A DNA stretch of 64,000 bases from Candidatus Methanophagaceae archaeon (GTDB lineage Archaea; Halobacteriota; Syntropharchaeia; Alkanophagales; Methanospirareceae): contig PQXC01000006.1 in NCBI GenBank assembly GCA_003194435.1, forward strand, positions 3,981 through 67,980, written 5' to 3'. Below are positions 7,243 through 18,728 of the stretch, piece after piece (position 1 is the first letter of the stretch; every line of letters begins with the position of its first letter). Under the pieces are notes generated by a model, which searched no databases, had not been told where the DNA came from, and worked only from the letters and a program-made list of their open reading frames with translations. The position numbers were made by a program, and so were the translations under genes.

Positions 7243-8835
7243 TCATTCAAGATAATTCTGGAAATACAACTCACTGACGAACTTCTCCATAAAATCCTGT
7301 TCCTCTTCCAGTTTTATATGCTCTATCCGCTTCGCCACTTCTTCCGCTTCGTTTCGCTTCCGTTTCGAGACCAGAGCCTGCCTGGCGCCTTCCAGTGCGG
7401 CATTACCCACCTTCTTCACCTTCTCTCGGGCGATCGGTGGCAGTAGTCCTATACGTATCGCATTATCCGTATTTGCGAAATTAACGAATCCACCTGCGAG
7501 TAATAACAGCTCTATATCATCGAAACTTATGCCATATTTCTCCAACAATACTCTTACACCAACGGCAATAGCCGTTTTAGCAAGGTTCAACTGGTCTATA
7601 TCAGTCTCCAATAGCTTGATACCATCGGCTATCCTCAGTTCCTTTCCCTCATCGCCCGTGAAAGTGAATTTACCCCTGCCATCTATCATTCCATGCTCCA
7701 GTAGCTCAGCCAGAACATCTATCAGTCCGGAACCGCAGATACCAACAGGAGGAGCATCTCCTATCGTCTTATATTTGATGCTACCATCCACTATTCGCAC
7801 CTCCTTTATCGCACCCTGCACGGCACCAACCCCACAGGAGATGCTGGCGCCCTCAAATGCCGGTCCCGAAGCGGCTGAAGTCGCAATTAACCGCTCCCTG
7901 TTGCCGAGCACAATCTCAGTGTTAGTTCCGACATCCAGCGCTAAGCATATCCCTTTACTCAGATACATCTCCGTTGCCAGCACCACTGCGAGCGCATCAG
8001 CGCCGACGAAACTGCCTATCAGTGGTAGCCCATAAACCCGCGCTTCAGGGTTAGCCGTGAGCTGGAGCTCCTTTGCTGTGGTGAGTGCCGGCTCAGTGCT
8101 CTCAGGCTCGTAAGGACTCTTACCCAGCGACTCTACGGAGAAGCCAAAGAACAGGTCTCGCATCACCGGGTTGCCCACAATCACGAGCTCATAGATATTT
8201 TCCTTAGTCTTTGCCACTTCGCTCATATTAGCAATCATCTCATTCACTGCGGTTCTTATCTCCCTCACCAGTATATCATGCCCCTGCCTCGCGTATTCTA
8301 TCCTGCTGATCACATTATTCCCGTATTTCGTCTGCGGGTTCTGCCTTGAACTCACTGAAACCACCTTCCCGGTCTCCAGATCAACCAGATAGGCAGCAAG
8401 CGTGGTGGTACCGATGTCAATGGCGATACCGTACAGCGCTCCCGTATACTCACCTATATATGTGGAGTTGTAAAATACCCGCTCGCCTTCACGGTGTACA
8501 AAGGGCTCTATTGGTATCCATCTATATTCGCCAGACTCCAGTATGTAATATCCACTCTTCGGTACTCTGACATATATCTGCTCGTCGGTTCGCAATATCC
8601 GCGCCTGACATGCGAGTCGCTGGTTTTCTGCTTTGATAAACTTCCTCTCTGAGTCGGTTACAGCGGAGAGCGCATCAGGTGGAGCATCCACCTCAACTAT
8701 GCACTGACCACATTTGCCCTCACCGGCACATGAAGCATCTATTTCTATTCCCAGTTCCTGTAGATAAGATAATATTGTCCGACCCGCAACGAGTTCCGCC
8801 TCTCTGGTCTGTCCATCCCTGAATATTATCTTCAT
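7243..8835 (-). CDS. ASKHA-domain 2Fe-2S corrinoid reductive activase (RACo/RamA-like)
   Basis: N-terminal CAGEGKCGQC...RLACQ ferredoxin, DIGTTT, DVGTNTE, AASGPAFEG, GICGSG. Confidence 0.85.
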   Translation of the reverse strand: MKIIFRDGQTREAELVAGRTILSYLQELGIEIDASCAGEGKCGQCIVEVDAPPDALSAVTDSERKFIKAENQRLACQARILRTDEQIYVRVPKSGYYILESGEYRWIPIEPFVHREGERVFYNSTYIGEYTGALYGIAIDIGTTTLAAYLVDLETGKVVSVSSRQNPQTKYGNNVISRIEYARQGHDILVREIRTAVNEMIANMSEVAKTKENIYELVIVGNPVMRDLFFGFSVESLGKSPYEPESTEPALTTAKELQLTANPEARVYGLPLIGSFVGADALAVVLATEMYLSKGICLALDVGTNTEIVLGNRERLIATSAASGPAFEGASISCGVGAVQGAIKEVRIVDGSIKYKTIGDAPPVGICGSGLIDVLAELLEHGMIDGRGKFTFTGDEGKELRIADGIKLLETDIDQLNLAKTAIAVGVRVLLEKYGISFDDIELLLLAGGFVNFANTDNAIRIGLLPPIAREKVKKVGNAALEGARQALVSKRKRNEAEEVAKRIEHIKLEEEQDFMEKFVSELYFQNYLE

Positions 8836-8926
8836 CGTGCTAAAAAACCTTTCTTTCAAAAAGAAAGCTTTACCAAGATTATATTTATTTTATGTACCAA
8901 AATAAAAAAGAAAAAAATGGATTCGA

Positions 8927-9562
8927 TTATTCGAGCGATATTGTGGTCTTCTCTCCCCCTTCCTTCTTCTTTATCTTCACACTGAGCACACCGTTCTTAT
9001 ATGTCGCCTTCGCCGATTCCGGATCCACAGGTACATCAAAATTCACTTCTTTGTAGTATTTCCGCTCGTTCTCTGTCTTTATCTCAAGTGAATTCTCCGT
9101 TGCATGCAATTTTATATCCTTCTTCTCAACACCTGGCAGTTCCGCAACCACCTCGTAAGAATCTTTCTGCTCCACGAGATCAACTAATGGCTCACGCTCC
9201 GGGAACGGTTCTATACGTCTGAATGACGGTCTTATATTCCCAAACTCCTTTATCTCCGGCTCCTTACCCGGCTCCTTCGTGAAGGTGAACCCGTAGATGA
9301 AAGGTCCATATCTCTTTATCTTGCCTCGTGGCGTCTCCTCCTCAGTCACGAAATTCTTGAACTCCTCAGGCAATTCCTCCTCTAAGCGCTCCATCAAATC
9401 CTCAAACGGGTCTTTGAACCAATCCTCGATATCCAGCGACTCTCTCCTCCGTCTTCTGAACTCCTCCTCAAAAGGCAGTGGTAAACTCCGCATCTCCTCG
9501 AACATCCGCTCCATATACCGCTCCATCAAATCAAATATAGACGGTCTCCTTCTTTTCTCCAT
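8927..9562 (-). CDS. hsp20: Archaeal small heat shock protein Hsp20
   Basis: GPFIYGF...EFGN, AELPGVEK, ATYKNGVLSV. Confidence 0.9.
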   Translation of the reverse strand: MEKRRRPSIFDLMERYMERMFEEMRSLPLPFEEEFRRRRRESLDIEDWFKDPFEDLMERLEEELPEEFKNFVTEEETPRGKIKRYGPFIYGFTFTKEPGKEPEIKEFGNIRPSFRRIEPFPEREPLVDLVEQKDSYEVVAELPGVEKKDIKLHATENSLEIKTENERKYYKEVNFDVPVDPESAKATYKNGVLSVKIKKKEGGEKTTISLE

Positions 9563-9642
9563 CTTCCCTCACTCCTTATCTTTAATCACATAAAAAGGTT
9601 TGCATATGTAAAAAATAATTTACAATTAATTACAATCTACAA

Positions 9643-11556
9643 TCATCTCTTCTTTTCTTCTTTTACATCATAATCCACATCCACGTAATCGCCGCTTTCG
9701 CTTTCGCTCTCTTTTTTAGTGCCTTCCTCGCCCTTGCCCTTAGCCTGCTCCTTAGTCTGCCCCTGCCCCTGAGCTTGTGCCTGTTCCTGTGCCTTCTTCG
9801 CCGCTTCCTGATACACCACCGCCGAAATCTCGTGTAGCGCCTTCGTCAGTGCATCCATATCCTCCTTTATCTTCGCTATGTCTTTACCCTCTAACGACTT
9901 CTTTAGCTTCTCTCGCGCCTGCTCCACCTTCTCCCGCTGGTCTTTGCTTATCTTGTCACCAAGCTCGTTTATCGTCTTCTCTGAGGTATAAACGAGCGAG
10001 TCTGCCTGATTTCGGAGTTCCACCTCCTCTTTTCGCTTCTTATCCGCCTCACGGTACTTCTCCGCTTCCTTCACCATCCGGTCTATCTCCTCTCTTGAGA
10101 GCTTGGTTGAGGCGGTTATTCTTATAGAAGCGGCTTTGCCCGTGCCCAGGTCCTTCGCCGTTACGTTCAAAATGCCATTTGCATCAATATCAAATGTGAC
10201 TTCAATCTGGGGAACGCCCCTCGGTGCTGGCGGAATGCCATCCAGATGAAACCTCCCAAGCGAGGTGTTATCGGCAGCCATCGGTCTCTCACCCTGCACG
10301 ATGTGTATCTCTACCGATGTCTGATTGTCAGCAGCAGTGGTGAATATCTGCGATTTCTTCGTTGGTATCGTGGTGTTCCGCTCTATTATCGGAGTGGCTA
10401 CGCCACCAAGTGTCTCAACACTGAGTGTGAGCGGAGTAACATCGAGCAGAACTATCTCGTCCTTCACCTGCCCTGCGATTATACCCGCCTGTATCGCCGC
10501 GCCAATTGCCACCGACTGCATTGGGTCCACTCCCCCTTCGCCTTTCTTACCCATTATGCGTTCAAAATACCCGCGCACAATTGGCGACCTTGTGGGTCCA
10601 CCGATGAATATTATCTTGTCTATATCCTCTGGGGTGAGCTTTGCATCTTCTAACGCCTGCTTTATGGGTGCTTCTACTCGCTTCAATATCGGTTCTACCA
10701 GTTCCTCCAATTTAGCCCGCGTGAGCGTGGCTTCCAGATGCTTCGGCTCATTGCCAGAGACGGCAATGAACGGCAGATTTATTGTTGTAGAGACAGAAGA
10801 GGATAACTCTATCTTCGCCTTCTCCGCTTCATCCTTTATCCGCTGCATCGCTGTAAGGTCGTTACGCAAGTCTATCCCTTCTTTCGCTTTAAAACCCTCC
10901 ACCAACCAGTCTATTATTGCAGCATCTATATCCGCACCACCGAGATGTGTATCACCAGAAGTGGATAATACCTCAAATACACCCTCCCCTATCTCCATAA
11001 TCGTGACATCAAAAGTACCACCGCCGAAGTCGAGAACCGCGACCTTATATTCACCCTCCTTGCCGAGTCCATAAGCCATCGCCGCTGCCGTCGGCTCATT
11101 TATTATCCGTTTCACATCAAAGCCCGCAATCTCACCCGCATCCTTCGTCGCCTGCCGCTGGTTATCATTGAAATACGCCGGCACGGTGATCACCGCAGCA
11201 TCTACCTTCTCACCCAAATACGCTTCGGCATCCGTCTTTATCTTCTCCAGTATCATTGCTGATATCTCCTGTGGTGTGAACTCCTTATCTATGGTCTTCA
11301 CATATACCTTCTCTGCAGTTCCCATCTTCCGCTTTACTTCCATTATTGTACCCTCTGGATTGATAACCGCCTGCCGTTTCGCCGCCACTCCAACCAACCG
11401 CTGTCCATCCTTCGTGAATGCTACCACTGACGGAAACATCTTTCCACCGTATGCACTGCCTTCCGCACTGGGTATTATCTTCGGCTCACCACTTTCGTCT
11501 ATATACGCGGCTTCCGAGTTCGTGGTTCCAAGGTCAATACCTATTATTCTCCCCAT
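9643..11556 (-). CDS. dnaK: Chaperone DnaK (Hsp70)
   Basis: [41 protein letters not shown]. Confidence 0.97.
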   Translation of the reverse strand: MGRIIGIDLGTTNSEAAYIDESGEPKIIPSAEGSAYGGKMFPSVVAFTKDGQRLVGVAAKRQAVINPEGTIMEVKRKMGTAEKVYVKTIDKEFTPQEISAMILEKIKTDAEAYLGEKVDAAVITVPAYFNDNQRQATKDAGEIAGFDVKRIINEPTAAAMAYGLGKEGEYKVAVLDFGGGTFDVTIMEIGEGVFEVLSTSGDTHLGGADIDAAIIDWLVEGFKAKEGIDLRNDLTAMQRIKDEAEKAKIELSSSVSTTINLPFIAVSGNEPKHLEATLTRAKLEELVEPILKRVEAPIKQALEDAKLTPEDIDKIIFIGGPTRSPIVRGYFERIMGKKGEGGVDPMQSVAIGAAIQAGIIAGQVKDEIVLLDVTPLTLSVETLGGVATPIIERNTTIPTKKSQIFTTAADNQTSVEIHIVQGERPMAADNTSLGRFHLDGIPPAPRGVPQIEVTFDIDANGILNVTAKDLGTGKAASIRITASTKLSREEIDRMVKEAEKYREADKKRKEEVELRNQADSLVYTSEKTINELGDKISKDQREKVEQAREKLKKSLEGKDIAKIKEDMDALTKALHEISAVVYQEAAKKAQEQAQAQGQGQTKEQAKGKGEEGTKKESESESGDYVDVDYDVKEEKKR

Positions 11557-11656
11557 TTTCTTCCCCTATATCATATCAACATCATACGTCATCAACAGAA
11601 GTAGATAACAATAAATGAGCTTGAGTGTAAAATAATAAAAAGAGAGAAAGAAGAAG

Positions 11657-13297
11657 TTAGTATTCCTCTCCCATTCCTTCCATTCCTGGTCCACCACCAC
11701 CTCCTGGTGGTGTCGATGGCTTCTTCTCAGCACCTGCGGCAATTACATCGTCTATCCGCAGAATCATCGTCGCCGCTTCCGTAGCTGAGCTTATAGCCTG
11801 TGTCTTTATCCTCAGCGGCTCGATTACATTCGCATCCAGCATGTTCGTTGGCTCACCCTTGTACACGTCCAGACCATCGTATTTATTGCCCTTCTCATGT
11901 GCCGAGCGAAGACTGACGAGCGTATCAATGGGGTCTAAACCGGCATTTTCAGCCAGTGCTCTCGGTATCACCTCCACAGCATCTGCAAAAGCCTGTATCG
12001 CCAGTTGTTCCCTACCTCCCACGGTCGCGGCATAATCACGCAGTTTGAGTGCCAGTTCTATCTCCGTCGCTCCACCACCTGCTACATACTTACCATCTTC
12101 CAGCGCACATGCGAGCACACGCAATGCATCCGTCATCCCCCTCTCTAACTCATCCACTACGTGCTCTGTACCACCACGCAGTAGTATGGTCACGGCTTTC
12201 GGATTCTTGCAGTCCTCAACGAATATCATCTCGTCGCCTCCTATCTTACGCTCCTCTACCAATCCCGCAGTTCCCAGGTCTTCCGGCTTTATCTCCTCCA
12301 GCGTCGTCAATATCCTGCCACCCGTTGCGCTCGCAAGCTTCTTCATGTCACTCTCCTTCACCCGTCTCACTGCCAGTATGCCCTCCTTCGCCAGGAAGTG
12401 CTGTGCAAGGTCGTCAATGCCCTTCTGACAGAAGAGTACATTCGCACCACTCGCTTTTATCTTGTCCACCATATCCTTCAGCATCGCTTCTTCCTCATCC
12501 AGGAACGCTTTCATCTGGTCTGGTGAGGTAATCTCTATCTTCGCATCCACCTCCGTCTTCTCTATCTCCAGTGCCGAGTTCACCAGTGCTATCTTCGCAT
12601 TCTCCACAAGCTTCGGCATCCCTGGATGCACCCTCTCCTTGTCTATGACCATCCCCTTTATCAGGACTGTATCCTCCTTGCTCCCACCGGTCTTCTTCTC
12701 CAGCTTTACCTGGTCTGTGTCTATCTTCTTACCTTTCTCTGCTATCGTCTTCATCGCCTCCACAGCAAGCTCGGTCAGCATCTCCTTCGCTACCTCTGCT
12801 CCTTTACCGGTCATGGAAGTCATCGCTATCTTCTTCAGCGTCTCTGTATCCTCAGGGTCTATGTCCAGTGCCAGGTCATTCAATATCTCATACGCCTTCT
12901 CGGCTGCTAATCGGTAGCCTGAGACGATTAATGTGGGATGTACCTCCTGCTCCAGGAGCTCCTCCGCCTTCTTCAATAATTCACCGCCTATGACTACCGC
13001 ACTGGTCGTCCCATCTCCAACTTCGTTATCCTGCGTCTTCGCAATCTCCACCATCATCTTCGCCGCCGGGTGTTCTATGTCCATTTCCTTCAATATCGTC
13101 GCGCCGTCATTCGTTATGACCACGTCACCCATGGAATCCACCAGCATCTTATCCATACCTTTGGGTCCCAATGTAGACTTCACTGCGGCTGCAATAGTCT
13201 TTGCGGCGAGTATATTCCTGCTCTGCGCGTCTTTACCCCTCGTTCGTTCACTACCCTCCTTCAATATCAATATCGGCGTACCACCCAATTGTGCCAT
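11657..13297 (-). CDS. ths: Thermosome subunit (group II chaperonin)
   Basis: [23 protein letters not shown]. Confidence 0.97.
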   Translation of the reverse strand: MAQLGGTPILILKEGSERTRGKDAQSRNILAAKTIAAAVKSTLGPKGMDKMLVDSMGDVVITNDGATILKEMDIEHPAAKMMVEIAKTQDNEVGDGTTSAVVIGGELLKKAEELLEQEVHPTLIVSGYRLAAEKAYEILNDLALDIDPEDTETLKKIAMTSMTGKGAEVAKEMLTELAVEAMKTIAEKGKKIDTDQVKLEKKTGGSKEDTVLIKGMVIDKERVHPGMPKLVENAKIALVNSALEIEKTEVDAKIEITSPDQMKAFLDEEEAMLKDMVDKIKASGANVLFCQKGIDDLAQHFLAKEGILAVRRVKESDMKKLASATGGRILTTLEEIKPEDLGTAGLVEERKIGGDEMIFVEDCKNPKAVTILLRGGTEHVVDELERGMTDALRVLACALEDGKYVAGGGATEIELALKLRDYAATVGGREQLAIQAFADAVEVIPRALAENAGLDPIDTLVSLRSAHEKGNKYDGLDVYKGEPTNMLDANVIEPLRIKTQAISSATEAATMILRIDDVIAAGAEKKPSTPPGGGGGPGMEGMGEEY

Positions 13298-13411
13298 CCT
13301 TCATCACCTCTAATTTTCTATATCTATGGTTCTATATAAATATTGCTATACTCAACCTATATAAAAATGTATTATATCCCTTATATATCCCTCATTGATT
13401 CACCGCGCTGT

Positions 13412-13483
13412 GCCCTGGTAGCATAGTGGCAATGCGCCACCTTGGTAAGGTGGAGACCGCGGGTTCAAATCCCGCCCAGGGCT
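13412..13483 (+). tRNA. tRNA-Thr(GGT)
   Basis: Acceptor GCCCTGG/CCAGGGC, anticodon arm CCACC-TTGGTAA-GGTGG, T arm GGTTCAAATCC. Confidence 0.93.
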
Positions 13484-13535
13484 CTTATGGCTCTTATCCC
13501 GTACGATGATAAGATAGTAAGATAGAGATAGTAAG

Positions 13536-14930
13536 ATGATAGCGAAGAGAATTGTCACCATTGGTGGCTCAGATAGCAGTGGCGGTGCGGGGATACAGGC
13601 TGATATAAAGACGTTCTCCGTTCTTGGCGTTTATAGCACTTCTGTAATCACCGCTGTTACTGCACAGAATTCTAAGGGCGTGCAGGATAAACTGGAGATA
13701 CCGGTTGAATTGGTGAACTCACAGGTTCGGTCTATAATTGACGACATTGGCGTGGATTATGCGAAGACAGGGATGCTCTCTTCTTCTAAGATGATAATGG
13801 CAGTATCAGCACTGCTGAAAGAATATACGGTGCCGTTCGTCCTTGACCCGGTGATGAAGGCAGGTTCGGGCGGCACACTGATGGATTCCGCAGCCGTGGA
13901 TGCGCTCGTGGAGTATCTGTTGCCGCTGTGCAGGGTTGTAACACCGAATATAATGGAGGCATCGGCTATCTCTGGTCAGGAGATAAGAACACTCTCGGAT
14001 ATGAAAGAAGCAGCCATTGCGATACACGAAAAGGGCGCTCCCGCAGTTATCATAACGGGCGGGCATCTCGAGTGCGAGACAGGAGCAGGTAGAGCAACGG
14101 ATTTGATATACGATGGCGATGGGTTCAGGGAATTAACACTGGAGTATATAAGACCAGGGCCAGGACTCGCACCCGCACATGGTAAGGGTAAGATACTGCA
14201 CGGCAGTGGCTGTTCATTCTCCGCTGCTCTAACCGCGGAACTGGCGAAAGGGTATGATTTATACACGGCAGCCGCAAAAGCAAAAGCATTCGTTCATGAT
14301 GGTATCATGGACGGTGATACAATCTCCAATTTTATGGTTGTGAATCCCGCACGCAGGATGCGAATAGATGCGGACAGATACAGTGTGCTGGAGAACCTCA
14401 AAGAGGCATTAAGGCTATTGAAGCGCACAAGGGGCTTTAAAGAGGTAATACCCGAAGTGGGAACGAACATAGGTATGGCGATAGAAGGAGCCACAGGTAT
14501 AGAGGATGTAGCAGCGGTGGACGGCAGGATACATCCCACCCATGACGGCATACATTCGGGCTGTGTCGAGTTCGGCGTGAGCAGTCACATAGCGCGGATG
14601 ATACTGACGATGATGAGACACGAACCAGATAAGAGGAGTGCTATCAACATCAAATATACACCGGAACTGGTTTCAGCATGTGAAGATGCGGGGTTGCAGG
14701 TAGCCTATTTTGAGCGTGAAAAAGAGCCCACAGGTGTGGAGACGATGGTATGGGGCACGGAAGAAGCACTGAAGCATGGGGGTGGAAGCAGAGGCAGAGC
14801 TCCCGATGTCATCTTCGACCGCGGTGCATACGGTAAAGAGGCAATGATAAGAATCTTTGATACTACCGCCGTTGACGTGGTGAAGCGATTGCGAAAGTTG
14901 CTGAACGGAGGAACTGAAGAAGATGAATAA
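13536..14930 (+). CDS. thiDN: Bifunctional HMP/HMP-P kinase ThiD fused to thiamine-phosphate synthase ThiN
   Basis: GSDSSGGAGIQADIKT, HGSGCSFS; C-terminal IPEVGTNI...FGVSSHIAR...GKEAM. Confidence 0.9.
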   Translation: MIAKRIVTIGGSDSSGGAGIQADIKTFSVLGVYSTSVITAVTAQNSKGVQDKLEIPVELVNSQVRSIIDDIGVDYAKTGMLSSSKMIMAVSALLKEYTVPFVLDPVMKAGSGGTLMDSAAVDALVEYLLPLCRVVTPNIMEASAISGQEIRTLSDMKEAAIAIHEKGAPAVIITGGHLECETGAGRATDLIYDGDGFRELTLEYIRPGPGLAPAHGKGKILHGSGCSFSAALTAELAKGYDLYTAAAKAKAFVHDGIMDGDTISNFMVVNPARRMRIDADRYSVLENLKEALRLLKRTRGFKEVIPEVGTNIGMAIEGATGIEDVAAVDGRIHPTHDGIHSGCVEFGVSSHIARMILTMMRHEPDKRSAINIKYTPELVSACEDAGLQVAYFEREKEPTGVETMVWGTEEALKHGGGSRGRAPDVIFDRGAYGKEAMIRIFDTTAVDVVKRLRKLLNGGTEEDE

Positions 14931-15798
14931 GATGAAGGAGAGTAAGAGGATTAAATTCACGAAGATGCATGGCTGTGGCAATGATTTCATAGTGATAGAC
15001 GAGCATGAGACGGAGGTGATACCAGAGCCTCATAAGGAGGAACTCAGCAGGGAATTGTGCACGAGAAAGCTGTCAATAGGTGCAGATGGCGTCATCTTTG
15101 TCTGCAAGCCCGACCCCGGCTCAGGCTGTGACACGCGAATGCGGATATTCAATGCCGATGGAACAGAGGCGGAGATGAGTGGGAACGGTATGCGATGCTT
15201 TGCCAAATATGTATATGAGCGAGGGCTGGTTCACGAGCGACGGATAAAGGTGGAGACACTGGGCGGGCTGGTGGTGCCGGAGGTGAAAGACCTTATTGAT
15301 GGACGGGTTGCCACGGTAAGGGTGTTTATGGGCAAACCCAGGTTTGAGTGGTTGAATGAGCCTTTATACGTGAACGGGATAGGTGAGATAAAATTGACAT
15401 CCCTGAATCTTGGAAACCCACATGCCGTCGTCATTCTCAACTCATTTAGCGATCTTGATGTGGGTATGGTGGGTAAGCGCATTGAGACGCATCCCGCTTT
15501 TCCTAACAGGACGAACGTGAATTTCGTGCTATTGGGAGCGGAGGATAGGAATGAGATAACAGTGAGGACTTATGAGCGAGGAGTGGGTGAGACGCTGTCA
15601 TGCGGGACAGGTTCAACAGCTTCTGTGGTTGTATTGGAGGAACTCGGTCTTATCAATGCTTCCACACCCGTGACGGTGCATACGCGGGGTGGTGATTTGA
15701 GCGTGGAAGTGAAAGAGGAGGGTGCATACCTTACAGGACCGGCGGAGGAGGTATTCGAGGGTGTATTCACTATTCACACTACATTACATTATGATTAG
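14923..15798 (+). CDS. dapF: Diaminopimelate epimerase
   Basis: KMHGCGNDF, NADGTEAEMSGNG, GNPH, ERGVGETLSCGTG. Confidence 0.92.
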   Translation: MNKMKESKRIKFTKMHGCGNDFIVIDEHETEVIPEPHKEELSRELCTRKLSIGADGVIFVCKPDPGSGCDTRMRIFNADGTEAEMSGNGMRCFAKYVYERGLVHERRIKVETLGGLVVPEVKDLIDGRVATVRVFMGKPRFEWLNEPLYVNGIGEIKLTSLNLGNPHAVVILNSFSDLDVGMVGKRIETHPAFPNRTNVNFVLLGAEDRNEITVRTYERGVGETLSCGTGSTASVVVLEELGLINASTPVTVHTRGGDLSVEVKEEGAYLTGPAEEVFEGVFTIHTTLHYD

Positions 15799-15807
15799 AA
15801 TCAGATT

Positions 15808-16371
15808 ATGAGGTTGATAATAGGGATAACAGGAGCGAGCGGTGCGATATATGCGAAGAGATTACTGGAGATGCTTCATGAGCGAGGAGTGGAGATTGAT
15901 TTGATTATCACTCCGTATGGGCGCTACATAATAGAGTATGAACTCGGGATAGGGGTGAAGGAGATAGAGAAGTTCGCAACACGCCTCTGGGACATTGATG
16001 ATATGGCTGCTGACATTGCAAGTGGCACACAATTGTGTGACGGGATGGTGGTAATACCATGCACGATGAACACAGTGGCAAAGATGGCGCACGGGATAGC
16101 AGATAATCTGCTCTTACGCGCATTTGATGTGATGCTGAAGAGCAGGAGCAGGAACAGGGGGATAATCATCGTGCCCAGAGAGACACCGCTGAATGAGAAC
16201 CACTTAGAGAATCTACTGAGGCTAAAGCGAATGGGTGTGACGATTATACCACCGGTGCCCGCCTTTTATTACCATCCAAAGTCAATTCAGGACATGGTGG
16301 ACTTCATTGTGGCGCTTATCCTTCGCGAGTTCGGTATAGCGCATACAGTGCCGAGATGGAAGAAGCCATGA
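15808..16371 (+). CDS. ubiX: Flavin prenyltransferase UbiX
   Basis: GITGASG, IASG, PCTMNT, PRETPL, PAFYYHP. Confidence 0.9.
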   Translation: MRLIIGITGASGAIYAKRLLEMLHERGVEIDLIITPYGRYIIEYELGIGVKEIEKFATRLWDIDDMAADIASGTQLCDGMVVIPCTMNTVAKMAHGIADNLLLRAFDVMLKSRSRNRGIIIVPRETPLNENHLENLLRLKRMGVTIIPPVPAFYYHPKSIQDMVDFIVALILREFGIAHTVPRWKKP

Positions 16372-17795
16372 CGATGATGGATATAGATATACCAAGGGTG
16401 GTGATTGCGGGCGATAGGAGTTCGGCAGGTAAGACCACCGTCTGCATCGGGCTGTTGAGCCTGTTACGCGAACGTGGCTTACAGGTTCAGGGCTTCAAAG
16501 TCGGGCTTGACTACATAGACCCCGGATTTCATACACTCGTCTCCGGCAGACGCTCAAGGAATCTTGATGGCTTTCTTATGTCGCCGGAGGTGGTGAAGGA
16601 GCTATTTGTGAGGGCTTGTGAAGATGCGGATATAGCAGTTATAGAAGGAGTGAGAGGGCTTTACGAGGGTTTGAACTATTACGATGACGTGGGCAGTACC
16701 GCCCAGATAGCGAAGATTCTCCGGTGCCCGGTCATAATGGTGGTGGATGCTGCGAGCATAACGAGGAGTGCTGCCGCACTGGTCAATGGATACAGGAGTT
16801 TTGACCCCGAAGTCAACCTATCGGGTGTTATTCTGAATAATATCGGGAGTTCAAGGCATGGAGAGAAGGCGGAGCGTGCGGTGGAGGAGTATTGCGGGCT
16901 TAAAGTGATAGGGAAGATACCAAGGAGGAGCGACCTGGCAATCTCCATGCGCCATCTCGGCTTGATTACCGCAGAGGAATGTAAAAGCAGATGGGATGAT
17001 TTCAATAACGTTCTGAATAGGATAAAAGAGGCGGTAGAGTCTAATCTGGATATATCCGCACTACTGGAGATAGCAGATAGCGCGCCCGCATTGAACCTGC
17101 CGGAGCCGAGACTATTCCAGCATCAGCATCATGCTCACACACCCCCTCGAGTAACGATTGGAGTCGCATTTGATGAGGCTTTCAATTTCTACTATCACGA
17201 TACGCTCGATTTACTCAGGCATGAAGGAGCGGAGATTGTTTATTTCAGTCCAATAAGGGCGAGCAGGCTGCCGGAAGGACTTGATGCCTTGTATATCGGC
17301 GGTGGCTTCCCCGAGATCTATGCTCGCGAGCTGGCTGCGAATAAGCAGATGCGACGGGCTATCAGGGATTTCCACGATGCTCATGGCGTTATGTATGCTG
17401 AATGTGGCGGATTGATGTATCTCCTGGATGAGCTTGAGTATGGTGGCGATGCCTTTGAGATGTGTGGTGTGATAGAGGGCAGGGTGAAGTTCAGGGAACG
17501 GCGATTGGTGAACTATGTGGAGGGGGAATTTAGAAGGGGATGCATTATCGGCAGTCGCGGCACACGGTTCAAAGGGCATGAGTTTCACCGGTCGGTGATA
17601 GAGCTCGGGAATGAGAATAAAAATAAAGACCGGTTTGCGTATCGGATGCTGAGAGGCGAGGGCATCTATGAAGGACTGGATGGGATAATAACGAACAACT
17701 GTCTCGCTTCCTATACACATCTGCATGCAGCCTCGTATAGAGAATTTGCACCGAACTTCGTTGCGAGTGCAAGGAGAGGGAGTGTTGTGAAATAA
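16356..17795 (+). CDS. cfbB: Ni-sirohydrochlorin/cobyrinate a,c-diamide synthase (CfbB-type)
   Basis: GDRSSAGKT, FKVGLDYIDP, EGVRGLYEG (CfbB-like; CbiA usually EGVMGLFDG), AECGGLMYL, GHEFH. Confidence 0.75.
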   Translation: MEEAMTMMDIDIPRVVIAGDRSSAGKTTVCIGLLSLLRERGLQVQGFKVGLDYIDPGFHTLVSGRRSRNLDGFLMSPEVVKELFVRACEDADIAVIEGVRGLYEGLNYYDDVGSTAQIAKILRCPVIMVVDAASITRSAAALVNGYRSFDPEVNLSGVILNNIGSSRHGEKAERAVEEYCGLKVIGKIPRRSDLAISMRHLGLITAEECKSRWDDFNNVLNRIKEAVESNLDISALLEIADSAPALNLPEPRLFQHQHHAHTPPRVTIGVAFDEAFNFYYHDTLDLLRHEGAEIVYFSPIRASRLPEGLDALYIGGGFPEIYARELAANKQMRRAIRDFHDAHGVMYAECGGLMYLLDELEYGGDAFEMCGVIEGRVKFRERRLVNYVEGEFRRGCIIGSRGTRFKGHEFHRSVIELGNENKNKDRFAYRMLRGEGIYEGLDGIITNNCLASYTHLHAASYREFAPNFVASARRGSVVK

Positions 17796-17905
17796 TAGCC
17801 AGCGACTCATCAGAATTAAAGGCTAAAAGGGATAAAGAGGATGAAAAGAGAGCAATAGCATTTCACTTAACGTTCCCGTGCCAGCATAAAAGAAGTTTTT
17901 GCAAA

Positions 17906-17979
17906 TGGGGTCGGTGCGATTTGAACGCACGATCGGCGAGTCTGGAGCCCGCTGCCCTACCGGACTAGGCCACGACCCC
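17906..17979 (-). tRNA. tRNA-Trp(CCA), no intron
   Basis: Reverse complement GGGGTCG...GCGGG-CTCCAGA-CTCGC...GTTCAAATC...CGACCCCA. Confidence 0.9.
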
Positions 17980-18053
17980 TACCTCTACTACTCTTATTTT
18001 TTATAATAAAATAAAAATCTTCTGTATTGTATATTGTATTGTATCATTCAAAT

Positions 18054-18542
18054 TCAATTTTGTATGATTTCACGAAGTGGGAGGCATTCTATGAGTTGGT
18101 CCATATGCTGGTCATCATCGGGCTCCCTATCAGTTCTTTGTGTAGATATAACCTTATATTTCCTCTGTGCTCTGCTCCCTTTCCTGATTAAAACACCCTC
18201 AGAATGCAGACTCGCCAGATAGGTTGATAAAGTACTGAGTCGAATATCCACCCCATATACTTCTTCATATATTCGTTTTAACTCTGAAGAAGTGAACCAA
18301 TCACGGGGTGCCTTCTTATCGTAACGGAGGAAATACTCCAATCTGCCCTTTATCGTGAGGTCCTCATTGTCCATATCATAAGGGTCAATAGCCGAAGGAG
18401 AAGGTATCTGGTCCTCCAGGAACCGCACAATACTCCTTATTGTGGTAGATTTGAACGCTTCATTCATTAAATCGCCCTCTCGCTCCATAGAAGTCTTCAC
18501 GCCCTCTTCGTTCGTCACTTCCACGCGCACCTTCAGTACCAT
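18054..18542 (-). CDS. Hypothetical protein, probable winged-helix domain
   Basis: WFTSSELKRIYEE...LSTLSTYLASL...GVL.RKG pattern. Confidence 0.6.
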   Translation of the reverse strand: MVLKVRVEVTNEEGVKTSMEREGDLMNEAFKSTTIRSIVRFLEDQIPSPSAIDPYDMDNEDLTIKGRLEYFLRYDKKAPRDWFTSSELKRIYEEVYGVDIRLSTLSTYLASLHSEGVLIRKGSRAQRKYKVISTQRTDREPDDDQHMDQLIECLPLREIIQN

Positions 18543-18728
18543 CGCTATCTGTTCACGTGTTCAATGAATATATGAAAGATAGACCCATGCTATATATAAA
18601 GGATATGGTAGAAGGGGTGGGGTGACCATACATTTCCACTGGAGTGAATGTGAGAATAGGTGAAGAGACGGAAAAAATATTTACATTGATAAAAGGAAAA
18701 AATCATAGGAGAAGCGGAGGACTGAGAA

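Noticed and set aside
13412-17979. Integrative element between or at the two tRNAs
   Set aside because: No duplicated tRNA 3' ends seen, and the intervening genes are housekeeping.
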